From: Podarcis vaucheri
Taxonomy: Eukaryota
DNA: 64,000 bases
Strand: one strand, 5' to 3'
Assembly (NCBI GenBank): GCA_965113315.1
Contig: OZ220372.1
The translations under genes and the position numbers were made by a program. The notes beneath the pieces were generated by a model. The model had not been told where the DNA came from. It made no database searches and was given only the letters and a program-made list of their open reading frames with translations. Below are positions 24,176-38,305 of the stretch, piece after piece. The stretch's first letter is position 1, and each line of letters begins with the position of its first letter.

Positions 24176-27100
24176 ATTAACAAACAGTATCACTCCTAAA
24201 TAAATTTCTAGAATTACTTGAGAATAATATTAGCATTTCTAAGGGCTTTCTGTTCTCACTTCTTAAGTCTGTCCAGAAGCAATGACCTCTTACATGTCCC
24301 AGTTAATATGTTGGAGAGCCACTGGTCTCCACAAAATCTTGCTGGAAAAGTTGATAGAACCTTTTCTCATTTTGTAGAATCCCCGTTATCCAGACCGTTA
24401 TCCTGTAATTGATCTGAAGGCTCTCAATTGCTTCCCTGCAGCTTGCCATACATTTACCACCCCTGAAAGCTTTTCCATGTTAAAAGTCTTACGCTGGTGT
24501 CTGAGTTTACAAGTTAAATTTAAGAAAAATGAAAAATGGTGTTCCGATTGCATAATGGCTGGTGAGAAGTATGAATGTACATAATATTAAACTCTATGCA
24601 GGGCATTCAGTTGCACTTTATGTTCCACTAGCTGACATAATGAGTGCATGTCCAATCTAATTTCTCTTAGTTGTAAAATACAAAGAGCTGTTATTTGAAA
24701 CTAGGGTAAGATAGCAGGAGGTTTAATTTATACCAGGGCTGCTAGTATTATTCAATTTAATCATGAGCTTATTTAACTAAAGCTTTAGTTGCCGATTAAA
24801 ATTTGCTCCAGTTTTGTTAATTACTGAAATTTAAGGGCACAGAGCCACAAAGGCTACACCACCTCCCTTGCTCTGACAAACTTGTGAGAAAGAGATCTAA
24901 ATATGGATTTTCCTTCTGTTTATTAATAAAATTGTAAAGTCATCAGGCAGACTTCAGTTTTTTAATGTGTTTAGTGCAAGATCAAGGCTTTTTCAGCTGT
25001 TTGCAAATAAATAAGTATTGCATATTATCAGATGTTTTTGCATTTCAGGGGGAAACCAATAGGAGTCTTCTTCTAGAACCGGGGTGAGAACCCATTTCAA
25101 CCCAAATGGCCACGTGATGGTGGAGGGGAGGCCAGAGACAAAAATAGATGGAACAATGAATCCCAATTTTACCTTTCTACAGTAGTCTAGTTTCTATACC
25201 TGCAGGCCCCTCCTCTAGGCAAGCAAGAGGTATTATCGAGAACACATTCCTACTAGGCCAAAGCACTCAAGAAGGGTGGCTTGTCTGGAAACCATTGTTT
25301 AAGTAAGCACGGTTACCTCAGTTTGGCCATCACATGGAACTGTGAATTGTTTAAGACTGGAAGTGTTCGGCACCAAAGTGAAAGCTTTCAATCTCCTAAA
25401 TGATGCATATTCTGAAGTGGTTCAATTACTGTTACAGCAGGGAATGACTTTTATGTTTGTCGGTGATCACTGAGTGGTATCCATGCATTTGTGAACCAAC
25501 CACTCACCAAACAAATCTTTCTGCCTTCTCCCCTTGTATTCTTCAACAATAAGATTCCATTTTATGACCACATTACCGGCAGCATTTTCAGGTAACAAAT
25601 GGTTACATTTTGCAATGGATACACAGAAAGAAGCTGCCCAGTTTCACAACTAGCTTCCATTGTAGAGAGACAAAGAACACCACATTCATTCCAGCCTACA
25701 CTTAAATATTATTGAACTAAATCTGGTCATTGCTATTCTACATGAAATCTGAATGAAATATTTAAAAGTCCATTTTATAGAGGTCATGTTTTACTGAGAA
25801 GGCCATTGTTCAATGCCTCATGCAAAAACTGCATAATTTGTGGTTGCTGTGGAGATTTTTGAGGTGTAAAATATGGAATTCATTAGGAGAAGAAAAGTGA
25901 GCAAAGCTGAACTATTTTAACTTGTTTATTTTGAAGGTCAAATTTTGCACTGCATATCAAATCAAAACAAATGTGCTAAATTTAAAGGATTACACACATT
26001 TTTGTACTACAACAATAAGAATGGCTCCTCTTCTCTACCAAACGACTATGATTGTAAGGAGGTAATTATAACGGGAATAAAACTCATTAATGGATAAGTA
26101 CCAATGGTACCAATGGTACTGTACCATTCCTTTCTAACAATCTGGATGGAAAACTCCACAAAAGTCCTGTTGATTGTTGTTGAAAAGTAGCAGTGTCTGG
26201 AAGATTGTGCTCAATATAAACTACTGACATTGCAATAGTTTTCTGAAAATTTTATCTTCTCCCAACAAATCAATCATCAGTAATTACTTTTTTGTTTCTA
26301 TCTCTTATGTGCTTTTGTTTTCCCTGTCTCTCTCTTTTTTTTCTTCTTTTTTTTTTGGAAACAAGAAATGAAAAGGTCACAGAACTGACTGAATGGCAAG
26401 AACAATAAAACAAAAGGGCAACTTCTAAATATTGACTTGATTCTTCAAAATAGCAACCTGAATTCAACTGACAGCTTAAGGGGAAAATATGCTTGGCTAA
26501 ATTTACTGTTTCACTTAAAAGTCTCTCTCATATTGTGTTTGTACAATTTCCTAAAACAACTTTGGTAAAAATGAAATTGACTTTTATTTTAAACTTTAAC
26601 ATAAATACAGTTCCCCAAAATTTCTTTAGATTTATGTTGATTAACTGCATAGAGATTTTACCAATGGAATCAGATTTTTTGACATTACTTTCAGGCCTGC
26701 TACTTTTAAGAAAACAATGCTAAGAACAGAAAAGTACTGCTGCTCTATTTTCTACTGCTCTGCTTTCCTGAATTTTTCTCTCTTTGATTTCCTCGGCTCT
26801 CTTTGAAATTTTTTAGTTTGATCTCTGACTATTCTTTTGATCTTTCATATTGATCGCCATAGCCTAGATCCTGTTTCTTCAGCTGAGAATGGAAATTTTG
26901 CTGTTATCTCAGTGAGTTCAAATTCAGGCTCATCTCTGTTTGAATATTTCCCCCTGTTTATCTCTTCCTTTTGTTTTTCCTCTGTGGCACAATTCAGCCC
27001 TGCTTCTGTTGGGGGAAGCCTTGTGCAATCAAAAGGACCTTACTGGTTTAGTAACTATTGGCACCTTTGGCATTGGGAGTGGGTTGGGAGTACTTTGGCT

Positions 27101-27297
27101 CAATTGTAATTCCCAGACTGGAGTACTTGGGAGTAAAAAGATTATAGAAATGTAATCACCTAAGCCTAAGGCCAGGAAGGTGCTGAAGATGAACTCTTCA
27201 TGCACCGTGGCTTCTGTGGAAGTGGTTTCACTTGCAGTTGGGCTCCACACTCCTTATCACCAAATGACTGGGGCTTACTGTTAGTAGTTATCTATAA

Positions 27298-27635
27298 CAG
27301 GCATGTCCAACTCCCAAGAGACTGTGAGCTACTCACAGAATAAAAAACTGGCAGCATTGAGCTTTTTTAAGGAAGGAAAGTCAAAGTTGCTGACCTTTTT
27401 TTAGAGGGGCAGATCAAAAACGTCAAGCTTTCTTAAGGGGGGAAAGGAAAAACAAAGGAAACAAACAGCTTCACAGCGAAAACTCCGCCTTCCGTTCTAG
27501 TGATCATGCGCAAATGGAAGACAGGGCATGGGGCGGATCCTCTTTTTTCCACACAAAGGAAAAAGAGCCCACGATCAACCATGATCGACCCAAATCTCCT
27601 GGGGATCGATCGCGGTTGACAGGTTGGACACCCCG
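27298..27635. mobile_element. hAT MITE (same family, opposite orientation)
   Basis: TIR CAGGCATGTCCAAC / GTTGGACACCCCG; TSD ATCTATAA / ATCTATAG. Confidence 0.85.
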
Positions 27636-28594
27636 ATCTATAGGATCTTTGTGGGATTCACCAATGCCTTCGGGGAACTGCAGAGCAGGACATGAAAGCA
27701 GCAGCCCTCCCCTTCTGTCCATCCACTGGTATCACTGGTCTTTTCATGTTCCTTATCAAGAGCAGTTGGTACCACTGAAGAACAAAATTCCCATCCATGT
27801 TCTCAGCTAATTCATGAACAATCAACACCATCAAAGACTGTTGGAAGGTCTTTGGGGGCGAATAAGTGACAGAACTGTTGGGAGGTTTTTAAGCCGCAGT
27901 TGAACTACAGTAGATCTGAAGCTATTCTGCACTCTGGTTTCCCTAATAGAAACATTTGTTGATCCATTCAGAAAAGGAGACTTAGGCTGCATTTAGACAT
28001 TAGGATTACTGCATTATGTTTTCCTGGTTATGATGATAGCACTGCTGTCCTGGATTCTAACATTCCCCTTTACATGGCATTGGCTGCTACACTGTGGAAC
28101 TGTAGCCTTCTGAGTGATATACCACCCCATGTCACACTAAATTTTATTTACACCAGTGGGCGTTGTGTGACATCATTGGAACATGCCACCACCCTTTACG
28201 CATGTGTTTCTGTTTCCCCATGATAACCAATGAAAATGGAAGGAAAGAACTGTACCCCCAAAATTTCATCACACACCATCATTCATAAAAACGGCAGGAA
28301 AATTGCGGTGCAAAACTCTTGTAACTGTCTAGGTTAACAGTGTTGCAAACAGTTGTGTGTTGTTTTTTTCTGGAAGCAATTGACATGGAAATGAGTGCAA
28401 AACATCTGCTAGATTTGCAGAAGTGGCATTTACACCATGTGAAAGATTCCATAAAATGTGGAAATTATCAGGTAAGCAAACACTGGGGAAACAGAATAAA
28501 AGGGGGTCTGAATGCACCCTCAACTTCTCCCAGCTGGTATGTGACCAACAAGGCTTGACGCAAAAGCAGAGGACTGCTAGCAATAACTTGAATG

Positions 28595-28760
28595 GGTAAT
28601 AATAATAATAGTAATTTATTATTTATACCCCACCCATCTGGCTGGGCTTCCCCAGCCACTCCGGACGGCTTCCAAAAAATATATTAAAATACTGTAATAC
28701 ATCAAACATTAAAAGCTTCCCTAAACAGGGCTGCCTTCAGATGTCTTCTAAAAGTCTGGT
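28595..28760 (-). mobile_element. L2 3' tail with (ATT)n end
   Basis: Closely matches 59310-59450 and the reverse complement of 29896-30009. Confidence 0.75.
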
Positions 28761-29895
28761 AATCTTTACCAAGGAAACAGCATGTGGAAGGATGGTCAAA
28801 CACCCTATAGTAAAATAACCACTCACTTTCCAATCAATAGTTCCAACTGGAATTTTATGGTGCGACATTTTTATTTCACTCTGAGGTAAGCATACACAAT
28901 AATACAGTAGTGAACGGTAATGGATCACTTCAAATACTTAAAAGTGGACCAGGGAATTCAACATTGTGCTATGATAGTTTTATCAGAACAAGCATTTCTG
29001 CTTGCCAGATGGAACAATCTCCCTTCTTGGCCCCCCACCCCACCGTTCTGGAGTGTCTCCCAAACCTCTAGAGTGGATTTAGGGGAGGCACAAGGGGGAG
29101 GGAAGAGGGAAAGCCAATTGCACTAGAGGGAGTCATTACTCTGGCTTATGCTAGCACACCGGGTTAGTTGAATCTGGCTGAAGGAGGCAGTAGTTCTCTC
29201 AAAATTGTAGCAAACATTTGTACTTTATTTCTGGGTTGTACACAGCAAGCACTAACCTATCGGTTTTAGATCAAAAGTCTTCAGCAAGAATGTTTCAGCT
29301 AATTGCTATTCATTAATTTTGATACTGGCTGCTGATTAAAAATACGTCTTTTTAAGTGGTTGAACAATTCGAACTTAATTAAAGCAAAATAAGCCCATTA
29401 AATAGCGAGACTTTTGTAGAGAAATAATGCAAATTGTGCAATATCAAAGAAATGTAATGTGAATTTAAGAGTCTCTCTGTTCAACCACCAAGGGAAATAT
29501 CAAAATACCTTAAGTATTTACACTCTCCTTTTAAATCATTGCTCTGATTTGAGATACAAAACCATTAGAGATTGCTGACTAAAGAACATTCATAGCTGCA
29601 AGAGGATTATTGATGCCCTCCACCCTGCTTTATTTATGGCACACTTCATGCTTATCCACTAATACTAAACAAAGAAGTAACAAGTCATGGAATCAGCGAT
29701 TTGCTTCCTTTCTGCCTTTAATTCAAAGAGTGAATGGAGACTGCCAAGTAATTTTGCAATGGAAATCCAGTTGGAGTACTGCTTTCAGTTATCTCCTTTT
29801 GTATCTTCTTTTAAAAATGCCCTAAAAGTTGGTCTGCCCACGTAGCTAAATCACATGAGGCAGGTTTTTATGCCTATATGTATTTTATGTCTATA

Positions 29896-30259
29896 TCTGA
29901 AGGCAGCCCTGTTTAGCGAAGTTTAATGACTGATGTTTTAACGTATTTTTAATCTCTTGTTGGAAGCCACCCAGAGTGGCTGGTGAAACCCAGCCAGATG
30001 GGCACGGTACGGTGGTACCTCGGGTTAAATACATAATTCGTTCCGGAGGTCCGTTCTTAACCTGAAACTGTTCTTAACCTGAAGCACCACTTTAGCTAAT
30101 GGGGCCTCCTGCTGCCGCCGCGCCGCCGGAGCCCGATTTCTGTTCTTATCCTGAAGCAAAGTTCTTAACCTGAAGTACTATTTCTGGGTTAGCGGAGTCT
30201 GTAACCTGAAGCGTATGTAACCTGAAGCGTATGTAGCCCGAGGTACCACTGTATAAGTA

Positions 30260-30295
<36 letters not shown>
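29896..30295 (+). mobile_element. L2 3' tail with (AAT)n, split by a MITE
   Basis: CTGAAGGCAGCCCTGTTTAG...CCCAGAGTGGCTGG...CCAGATGGGCACGGTA | MITE | TAAGTAAATAATAAT. Confidence 0.75.
30010..30251. mobile_element. Tc1/mariner MITE family 1
   Basis: Same family; TA duplicated at 30008-30009 and 30252-30253. Confidence 0.9.
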
Positions 30296-30299
30296 TGTA

Positions 30300-30652
30300 C
30301 AGTGGTGCCCCGCAAGACGAATGCCTCGCAAGACGGAAAACTCACTAGACGAAAGAGTTTTCCGTTTTGGAGGTGCTTCGCAAGACGATTTTCCTATGGG
30401 CTTGCTTCGCAAGACGACAATGCCTTGCGAGTTCCTGCGGGTTTTTTTTCCTCCCCCCCCCTTTTCCAAGCCGCTAAGCCGCTTATCAGCTGATCCGATC
30501 AGCAGATAAGCCGCTAAAAGCCTCTAAAAGCTGCTAATAGCGCTAATAGCGCTAATCCGCTAATCCTTCAATGGGCTTGCTTCGCAAGACGAAAAAACCG
30601 CTAGACGAAGAGAATCACAGAACGGATTCTTTCATCTTGCGAGGCACCACTG
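30300..30652. mobile_element. Tc1/mariner MITE family 2
   Basis: TIR CAGTGGTGCCYCGCAAGA / TCTTGCGAGGCACCACTG, TA TSD. Internal repeats CGCAAGACG and GCTAATAGC. Confidence 0.88.
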
Positions 30653-32430
30653 TATGGATTTCTTGCGTGAATGAGTCCACCATTAAAACAGTTCCCTGCA
30701 AAGTCGTATTTAATATTGAAATAAGGGTGTAGTATATCTTCTCATTAGTGTGCTAGTTTCCTGTGCCCTGGAGGGTTTTTTTTGGGGGGGGCATTCAAAC
30801 ATTATACCCATCTACAGTAGAAAGTGAAACTGTCCAGGGAACATTATGCTATTAAGATGTTTGTGTTTATCACTGGTGGTCTAAAACATGATTCAATGGA
30901 AGTTGAAGCAACTGCAAGATAATAATAGGTGTGCCTAATAGGAGAGGATGTTTAGGTAACGGGATTACATAGTGGTCTCTGTAGAACCCTGATTTATTCC
31001 CATATTATTGTAGAAGGCAATAGCCTAGCTTCAAAACATCCTCGTTCTCACATCTTGAAAAGTCCTTGATAACATAGATTCTCTGTGCAACATGGACCTA
31101 CTCACCAAACCAAGGCTTCATGCCAACTGCATAAATTATACCACACCAAGGAAAATGATGGGTATCTCAGGCACCATCATCCTAATCTGAGCACATGTGA
31201 TGCAACTTGAACTCTCTTCTGCTTAACAATGAAATCAAGTACTAACCTTAGGAGGAAATCTTGAAAGGTCAAATGGCTGGAACATAAACATCAAAAGATT
31301 ATTTCAGATAAATACTCCAAGCAGAAATAACTGCCGTGGAAAATTATTCCCACAGCTTCAAGCTTCAACCTCTAGGACAGTCAGGAGGAAAAAAGCAGCA
31401 TCTCTGACACTTGAAAATAATGGCCTCAGGCTTACACAAATGACTAGAAAATGTAAATGGAGATCTTTAAAGGACACCAGTGCCTGATGGGCATTTAACC
31501 TAACAAAACTGAATATTTCAGTGATAAAGACTCCCAGCAAATGAGAAATATTTATAGACCAGTCACATGAAATCCTGTCTGCTTTCTGAAGGGAACCCCC
31601 TTTCACATTCATTGTGCATAATAAGGAGTTTCCTGCAGAGAAACTGAAATGAAAATGCTGTATTCTAAACAAAAAATTGTGACAACAGTTTTATTAGTCT
31701 TAAACACCACTCATTAAGTGTTTCACATAGGTTTGATGTAAGAATATAATAGTGTAATGCTGAATTATGCTACTGACCAAAACATTTCACTCTAAGGATG
31801 TCTAGGAAGCATTATTCAGAATGCTATCTTTAGAATTGTAGGGATTGAAGAGATGGGCATTTTCAATAGACATCCCCACATTATAGAAATCGTCCCTCCG
31901 GGAAGCTTAAGGTTGTGGTTTTTAGTAACAGACTTTGGGGGGGGGGACTTATGATAATTTTTAAATTGCTTTAATGGAATTTTAATACCTTTATGCTTTG
32001 TGCTGCTTTGTTGCTTTAAGGATGTGTGTATATGCATCTTCCTATATACATAAAATGTAATGCTGCCATCGCATAGCCCTCTTTCGAGGATTTGTCATGC
32101 TACATCACTATCCTAGATTTGCATGAAGTCAAGGGAAGGGAGAAAAAGAGAACGATGGTTTTAAAATGCCACTTTTAAGCAACAAAAGTCTGTACAAAGA
32201 GGGGTGGGGGAACAGATGAGCTGTGAGAATATGAGGGATTAGAAGGAGCTATGGAGAGCTGAGGGGCTTAAAGGAGCTGAATGGGGCTTGGTTGAGGTAT
32301 AAAGGGAGGGGTAAGCAAGGGGGCAGGAGGCACGTTTGGTTGACAAGCAATGCAACAGGCATGGCAGCCCCTAATATATATATACATTTTCATGTGATTG
32401 CTATTTTTAGTATATTCTATGTCATGGTGT

Positions 32431-32778
32431 GGGGACGCGGGTGGCGCTGTGGTCTAAACCACAGAGCCCAGGGCTTGCCGATCAGAAGGTCGGCTGTTCG
32501 AATCCCTGCAATGGGGTGCGCTCCCGTTGCTCGGTCCCTGCTCCTGCCCACCTAGCAGTTCGAAAGTACGTCAAGTGCAAGTAGATAAATAGGTACTGCT
32601 TTGGTGGGAAGGTAAACAGCATTTACATGTGCTGCTCTGGTTCACCAGAAGTGGCTTAGTCATGCTGGCCACATGACCCGGAAGCTGTACGCCGGCTCCC
32701 TCAGCCAATAAAGCGAGATGAGCGCCGCAACCCCAGAGTCGGCCATGACTGGACCTAATGGTAAGGGGTACCTATTAC
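32431..32778 (+). mobile_element. Sauria SINE
   Basis: Head GGGACGCGGGTGGCGCTGTGG, B box GTTCGAATCC, TACCT-type tail, TSD CTATG(T/C)CATGGTGT. Confidence 0.9.
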
Positions 32779-32868
32779 CTATGCCATGGTGTAGGCCTGT
32801 GGCAGGGTATAAATATTAAAATAAAGGAATAACAAATAAAGTAGTGGTCCTATGAAAACATTCTCTAG

Positions 32869-33102
32869 CAGGGATGTCCAACCGGTCTATCGTGGGGCGT
32901 TCCTGGTCGATCTCGTGATCCTGATTGATCACCCCCCAAAAAGTGCTCAACAACTTTGCTGAAGCTCCCCCGAAGTAGATCAACAACTGTGACTGTTCCT
33001 CCCCAAAAGAAGCTCGACAACTTTGGTCTATCCAATGGGTAGATCACTGCCAGTTTTTATAGTGGGAGTAGATCGCAGTCTCTTGGAAGTTGGACATCCC
33101 TG
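32869..33102. mobile_element. hAT MITE
   Basis: Perfect 14-bp TIR CAGGGATGTCCAAC and perfect 8-bp TSD TTCTCTAG. Confidence 0.92.
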
Positions 33103-33270
33103 TTCTCTAGCAATCTTAGGGGTGAATGAACAGGCATGAATTCTTACACTTTGGAAAATCAAACACTGCCAGCAGGAAGGCAGCATCAACAACACCATAT
33201 GAGATTGTTTAGAGCTATGACAATCAAGCTCTGGAATTGCCCAATGGCAGAATCATAGGCAACTTCTGCT

Positions 33271-33522
33271 GAGAGCCAGTGTGGTGTAGTGGTTAAGAGC
33301 GGTAGTCACGTAATCTGGGTAACCGGGTTCGCGTCTCCGCTCCTCCACATGCAGCTGCTGGGTGACCTTGGGCCAGTCACACTTCTGTGAAGTCTCTCAG
33401 CCCCACTCACCTCACAGAGTGTTTGTTGTGGGGGAGGAAGGGAAAGGAGAATGTTAGCCGCTTTGAGACTCCTGAAGGGGAGTGAAAGGCGGGATATCAA
33501 ATCCAAACTCTTCTTCTCTTCT
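33271..33522 (+). mobile_element. tRNA-derived SINE (Squam3-like)
   Basis: A box TGGTGTAGTGG, B box GGGTTCGCGTCTC, core GGGTGACCTTGGGCCAGTCAC, (CTT)n tail. Older related copies at about 3845-4010 (+) and 44355-44540 (-). Confidence 0.8.
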
Positions 33523-34322
33523 TGGTGTTGCGCTACATTTCAAAAAATTATCAATTTAGCTTACCTTTTTCTCCCCTCCTTTTTTCTGCAAAGATGTTCT
33601 CGCTTCCAGTTTCCTTTTCCAGCAGAGCTGATGCCTTCTTCCAAATGTGTGTAACAAAGGAGACTAGCCCTCAGCGAGCATGACCATGTAGCTTGCTGCA
33701 ATCATTTTAAACCTTTGGGAATGTCACCATTTTCTGAAGGCTCAAGAGAACTTGATGAATTATATTCCCGGCCTGATGATATTTCTGAAGCTCAATTTTA
33801 AGGACTGTTAGCTCTTCCAAATGTGTTTTATACTGCTCCATTCAGAGCTGCAGTTCAGTTCCAGCATGTTCAAATGCATTAGTCTCCTTCATTTCACATT
33901 TTCCCATCTCTTAGCTTTATGAGACTTGGAGGTTTGATGCAATTTACACTCCAAGAGGGCAAGAAAGAAGGTGCTGATACACCATTTCCTAGAGGAACCA
34001 GGAAACCTAGGTAGAGAAATAGGGAAACGTCTCTTGGATACACAATGCTTCCAAAGCAGTGTGGCCTCCTTTCTTGTAGTGTGTATAAAAATATACTGTA
34101 TAGAGCATGAGACACAGAAACAGGCACATCACTAGTGAAGGAATAGGTAATGCGGTGACTTGAGAACCACAGAGGTAATTGGTGGTAGAGTTGACAGAAA
34201 TAGGAACTGTTATTTGTCCCATGACAAATACTCCAAAACATTAAGTCCTAAATATTAGTTTTAAGTTTTCATATGGAATTCAATTATCTCCAAAACAACA
34301 AGGCTTCTCAAGGGTTTCTGTG

Positions 34323-34412
34323 CATAGCTGTCAACTTTTCCCTTTTCTTGCAAGGAATCCTATTCGGAATAATGGAATTTCCCCTAAAAAAAGGAAAACA
34401 TTGACAGCTATG
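34323..34412. mobile_element. 90-bp hAT micro-MITE
   Basis: 12-bp perfect TIR CATAGCTGTCAA and perfect 8-bp TSD TTTCTGTG. Confidence 0.88.
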
Positions 34413-36698
34413 TTTCTGTGGCTTGTCTAGGCCAGTATGGTCAAAGGGGACACAAGCTTTTATTTCCATCCTCAAACTGCCCCCATGTGTTTCTAATATT
34501 TCCTAATTTTCATTTAGAAATCCTTGACGTTCTTCCCTTGGGGTCTGTTAGTATTAATGAAATCACTTGCACTACTGCTTTGTATTCAAGCATATTAAGC
34601 AACCCATTTTTCCTTCCCTAGTTTCCGTATTCTTTTCCTATTTTCATTATTGGAATCATTATTGAAAATAGGTGCTGCATGATTTATTTAGATAATAACA
34701 TGCTTTCTCAATCTAATCCATTTGAGACTTGTAAATTCACATCTCTGCATTACAAAACAAAGCCAATTATTTTCAAATCTAATTGTTTTACCCAGCTTTT
34801 ACTTTAAAAACCTTAGGAATTTTATTTTTTTAAAAAAAACTTTAAAATAATATTTTTAAAAATATAATTTTAATTCCACCCATCTATTTTTGAACCTAAA
34901 TTGATAGCTATACAATTAGAGTCCATTTTCACACTTGGAAAGGCACCTGCAGTTCAGATGGACATTATTCTACAGTGTTTCTTGGTTATACCAGCTCTCC
35001 TACTTTTAGCCTAAGGCTTTTTAATTATATAGAAAATAAAAGTATTTTCTCCTCATTTTTCTTCCCTCCAAAGCCACCACTGTGTGTCAGGCTACTGGGC
35101 TTGTAGGATGTCTTTTGAAAGTCATCATAGGATCTCATAACTTTGGGGAAAATTATTTCAGGATTAATGATGTACATGACTTTTTCATGTTAAGAACCCT
35201 TAAGCAAGGCTTATGCAGAGTTCAAATTTCTCATAGGTTCAGCAGAGCGAAGTTTCACCAGAAGTAGAATACCAGCACTAGAGTAAAGGGATGAAACAGG
35301 CTTACGCAGCCAAGGGCCCAGTAGGTATGAGGAAGGAAATGATGGGAGCAATCAAGGACGTAAGGCTGAGGTTTGGAAGTGGCGGAACCATGTCTGAGAA
35401 TGGCCAGCAAGAATTTGCTGAGGACTCTGAAACAGGAATGAGGCCGACCGAAATAGAATGTGAAGTGAGGAAATCAGTGATCTATAGAAAGCTTCTGCAT
35501 CTTCCTTGCTCACTATGACTGCAGACGAGGTCAAAATGAGCCAGGCTACTACAACCTGGCATTAAAAGTGTGCACAGCATTTATGTGGAGTTCCTCTTGC
35601 TTTTCTGCTGCCACACGTCCATCTATTCAAAGTCCAAAAGCATATTTGTGGGAAAGTGAGCCTTAGGCTTTGGCCAGCTACAAATGAAGCCAAATCACTT
35701 CCACTGCAGTGGTAGTCCATGTCCTCATGCTTCACATAGACTTTAATCTAACATCCCAATCCTAAACATACTTCTATATGTTCTATGCAGACACCATGTT
35801 TGCATACAGATGCATGCATAGTGGTGGGCTATTCCTGGTCCCTCTGTCTCATCACACCTGAGTTTAAAGGAAAGTCCAAAGGGGCTTATTTTCAGGCAAG
35901 TGTGTACAAAATTTAGTCTGAGGAACACAGTTTGGGGAGCAGAAGGTGAGACAGCTTCCAGAAGAATCATTTGCAAAGGCAGAAGAGCTCAAAACTGAGT
36001 AGGAAAGGATATATGATGTGAAACAGCATTCTGTTATAAAAATATAGTGTTCTCTTGTGGACATTTCAAAGTTTCAGTAAGAAGGCACTGTTCCCCCCCC
36101 CCAAAAAAAGGATGTAATATAGCTTGGAACAAACTTTTTATCTTATGTTGTGACAGCAAGGGCATGCACAGAGATATCCTTGGTGTGAATGTGAGCGGCC
36201 CTACAAGAGTAAATGCTTATCACATGCCCACCTCCTGCTTAACAGCAGATGGGAAGCTCATTCTACTTGATATGTTGCTACTTTATGCAGCTACTTGGAA
36301 AAGGGAATGTGGGAACCCATCCCAAAAAAATATGTGGGCCCAAAGAGTGTTGTCTAGAATGGGTAAGATTTGCTGTTGCATAAAGGGGGAGGTGTCTATG
36401 TATAATAGATGGTTGTAAGTAACTTCTAGACGTCTATGAATAACTTGAGTAACATCTTGGTTAATGTGTGGCAACAAATTACTAAACTGTTCAAGTAGGA
36501 AAAATGAATTATATTCCTTGCTTTTAAAGCATGAAAAATGCTGTCAAAAATGTACAGAACTTCTCACTAGCACTAACCTCCTAACCCCTCGCTTGTTTGA
36601 GATCCAGTTTCAAATAACTGAGGAAGCCTTCAAGGTCCCATTCTGAAGAGCTGGGCTGCCTTGGACTTCCACAGCTAAGAATCTGAAAATGCTACATA

Positions 36699-36920
36699 CA
36701 GTCGTACCTTGGAAGTTGAACAGAATCCGTTCCGGAAGTCCGTTTGACTTCCAAAATGTTCGGAAACCCAAGTGCAGCTTCTGATTGGCTGCAGGAAGCT
36801 CCTGCAGAAGCCGCAGAAACCCCATCAGATGTTCTTCTTCCAAACAGTCACTTCCAGGTTTGTGGCATTCAGGAGCTAAAATGTTTGAGAACTAAGCTGT
36901 TCAAAAACCAAGTATGATTG
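36699..36920. mobile_element. Tc1/mariner MITE family 3
   Basis: TIR CAGTCGTACCTTGG, TA flanks; same family as 46019-46269. Confidence 0.8.
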
Positions 36921-37423
36921 TATATATGGGAATTATACGTGAACAGTATAAAACAGGGCTAAAAGTTAGAGGTGGGCATTAATTTGTTTAAGGGGTAACA
37001 ATTAGGAGAGGGATGAGCTTCACCCCTCTTCCCCCTTCCATCCGTCTCTCCCCTTTCATTAAACCAAGGGACTTTGGTTTACTCCCAAAATAATTTGTGA
37101 GAAAGATGCAAGCAACAGTTAGAATGGCCAAGCACTCTTGAACTAGATAGAAGGAATGAGAAAACAGGAAACTAAAGAAAGATAATAAGCCACATTGTGA
37201 GGTATGTTCCAACCTCCTCCCTGGATCTTTTGAATTTTATTCTCCATTTCTGTTAGTTACATGTCCATTGGCTTCTACCAGGCTTGTGCATGCACCTTGA
37301 CATGTTCACAAAAATGTCTACAATACAGAATTTCAGAGGTGGGAAAGGTCCTTACATTCAAATTACCAGGGTGACACACAGTTTCTGGAGAAGGTCTTAT
37401 TGAACAGGATGGAGAGAATGTAA

Positions 37424-37429
37424 TTTATT
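37424..37429 (-). terminator. Candidate KCNC2 poly(A) signal (AATAAA); 3' UTR about 38305-37400
   Basis: Minus-strand AATAAA about 880 nt after the last stop, in AT-rich, TE-free sequence. A variant AATAAG and a TGTGTGT GU-rich element follow downstream. Confidence 0.55.
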
Positions 37430-37709
37430 ACACAGTACCTGGCTACAAAGTATCATAGACATAGAATAGACTTGAACAATTTACCACAAAAATCACAAAA
37501 AGGTAAAGAATATCTCTCTTATGCAAAATATACATTTTTAGGATCTATTTTATATTTTATATTTACTGATGTTGTTTCGGTGATAGTTTCAATAAAAAAC
37601 CTATAATATTTTTACTGCCAGTATTTTCTTTCTCTCAATACCTAAAGTCTGAGGTAACAATGAACTAAAAAAACACACACGCTTCTATAGAACTCTAGAC
37701 AAAGACTGT

Positions 37710-37752
<43 letters not shown>

Positions 37753-38305
37753 TTCTCTATTTTTACTGTTTATGTCTGCAGTCACATATTTCTTATCCAT
37801 TTCAAAAGTAAACCAAAACGTTGGCATGTTCACTAGTATTCATAAAAATATAGATATGGCGAACCGAGAGCATAAAGACTTGTAGCAAAATCCCATGCCA
37901 GTAACGTTCATGAGTTACAAACTTTGCAAAAATACAGTTGTTATGAGGAAACCTATGACAGACAGCGTTTACATCACTATTGTTAAACATGTGTGCCTCT
38001 GTATGATCCACAGCATAACCTACTGTAGGGACCAGGAAGAATACACAAAGAGGTGTGCCGGCCTTTTTATTTTTCCCGTGGAGTCTCAGAGATGATGTCT
38101 TTGAATTCAGCATCTCTTGGCATAGATGACTAAAGCTGATATTCCATGCACACACAACCTATGTACAGCTGATTCATCAATAGTGACTAATAATTGTGTC
38201 TGCTGGCGGCAGCAGCAGCCACAGTTGGAATTGGTCCTTAATCCCCATAACAAGCTCCACTTCCATAGGAAATTGGAAGGATCTCTTCAAGGCGGCAGGT
38301 GATTA

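Noticed and set aside
30300-30652. Regularly recurring CGCAAGACG units resembling an array
   Set aside because: Subterminal repeats of a TA-flanked MITE in eukaryotic DNA; not CRISPR.
33271-33345. tRNA-like A and B boxes
   Set aside because: A SINE head followed by SINE body and tail, not a tRNA gene.
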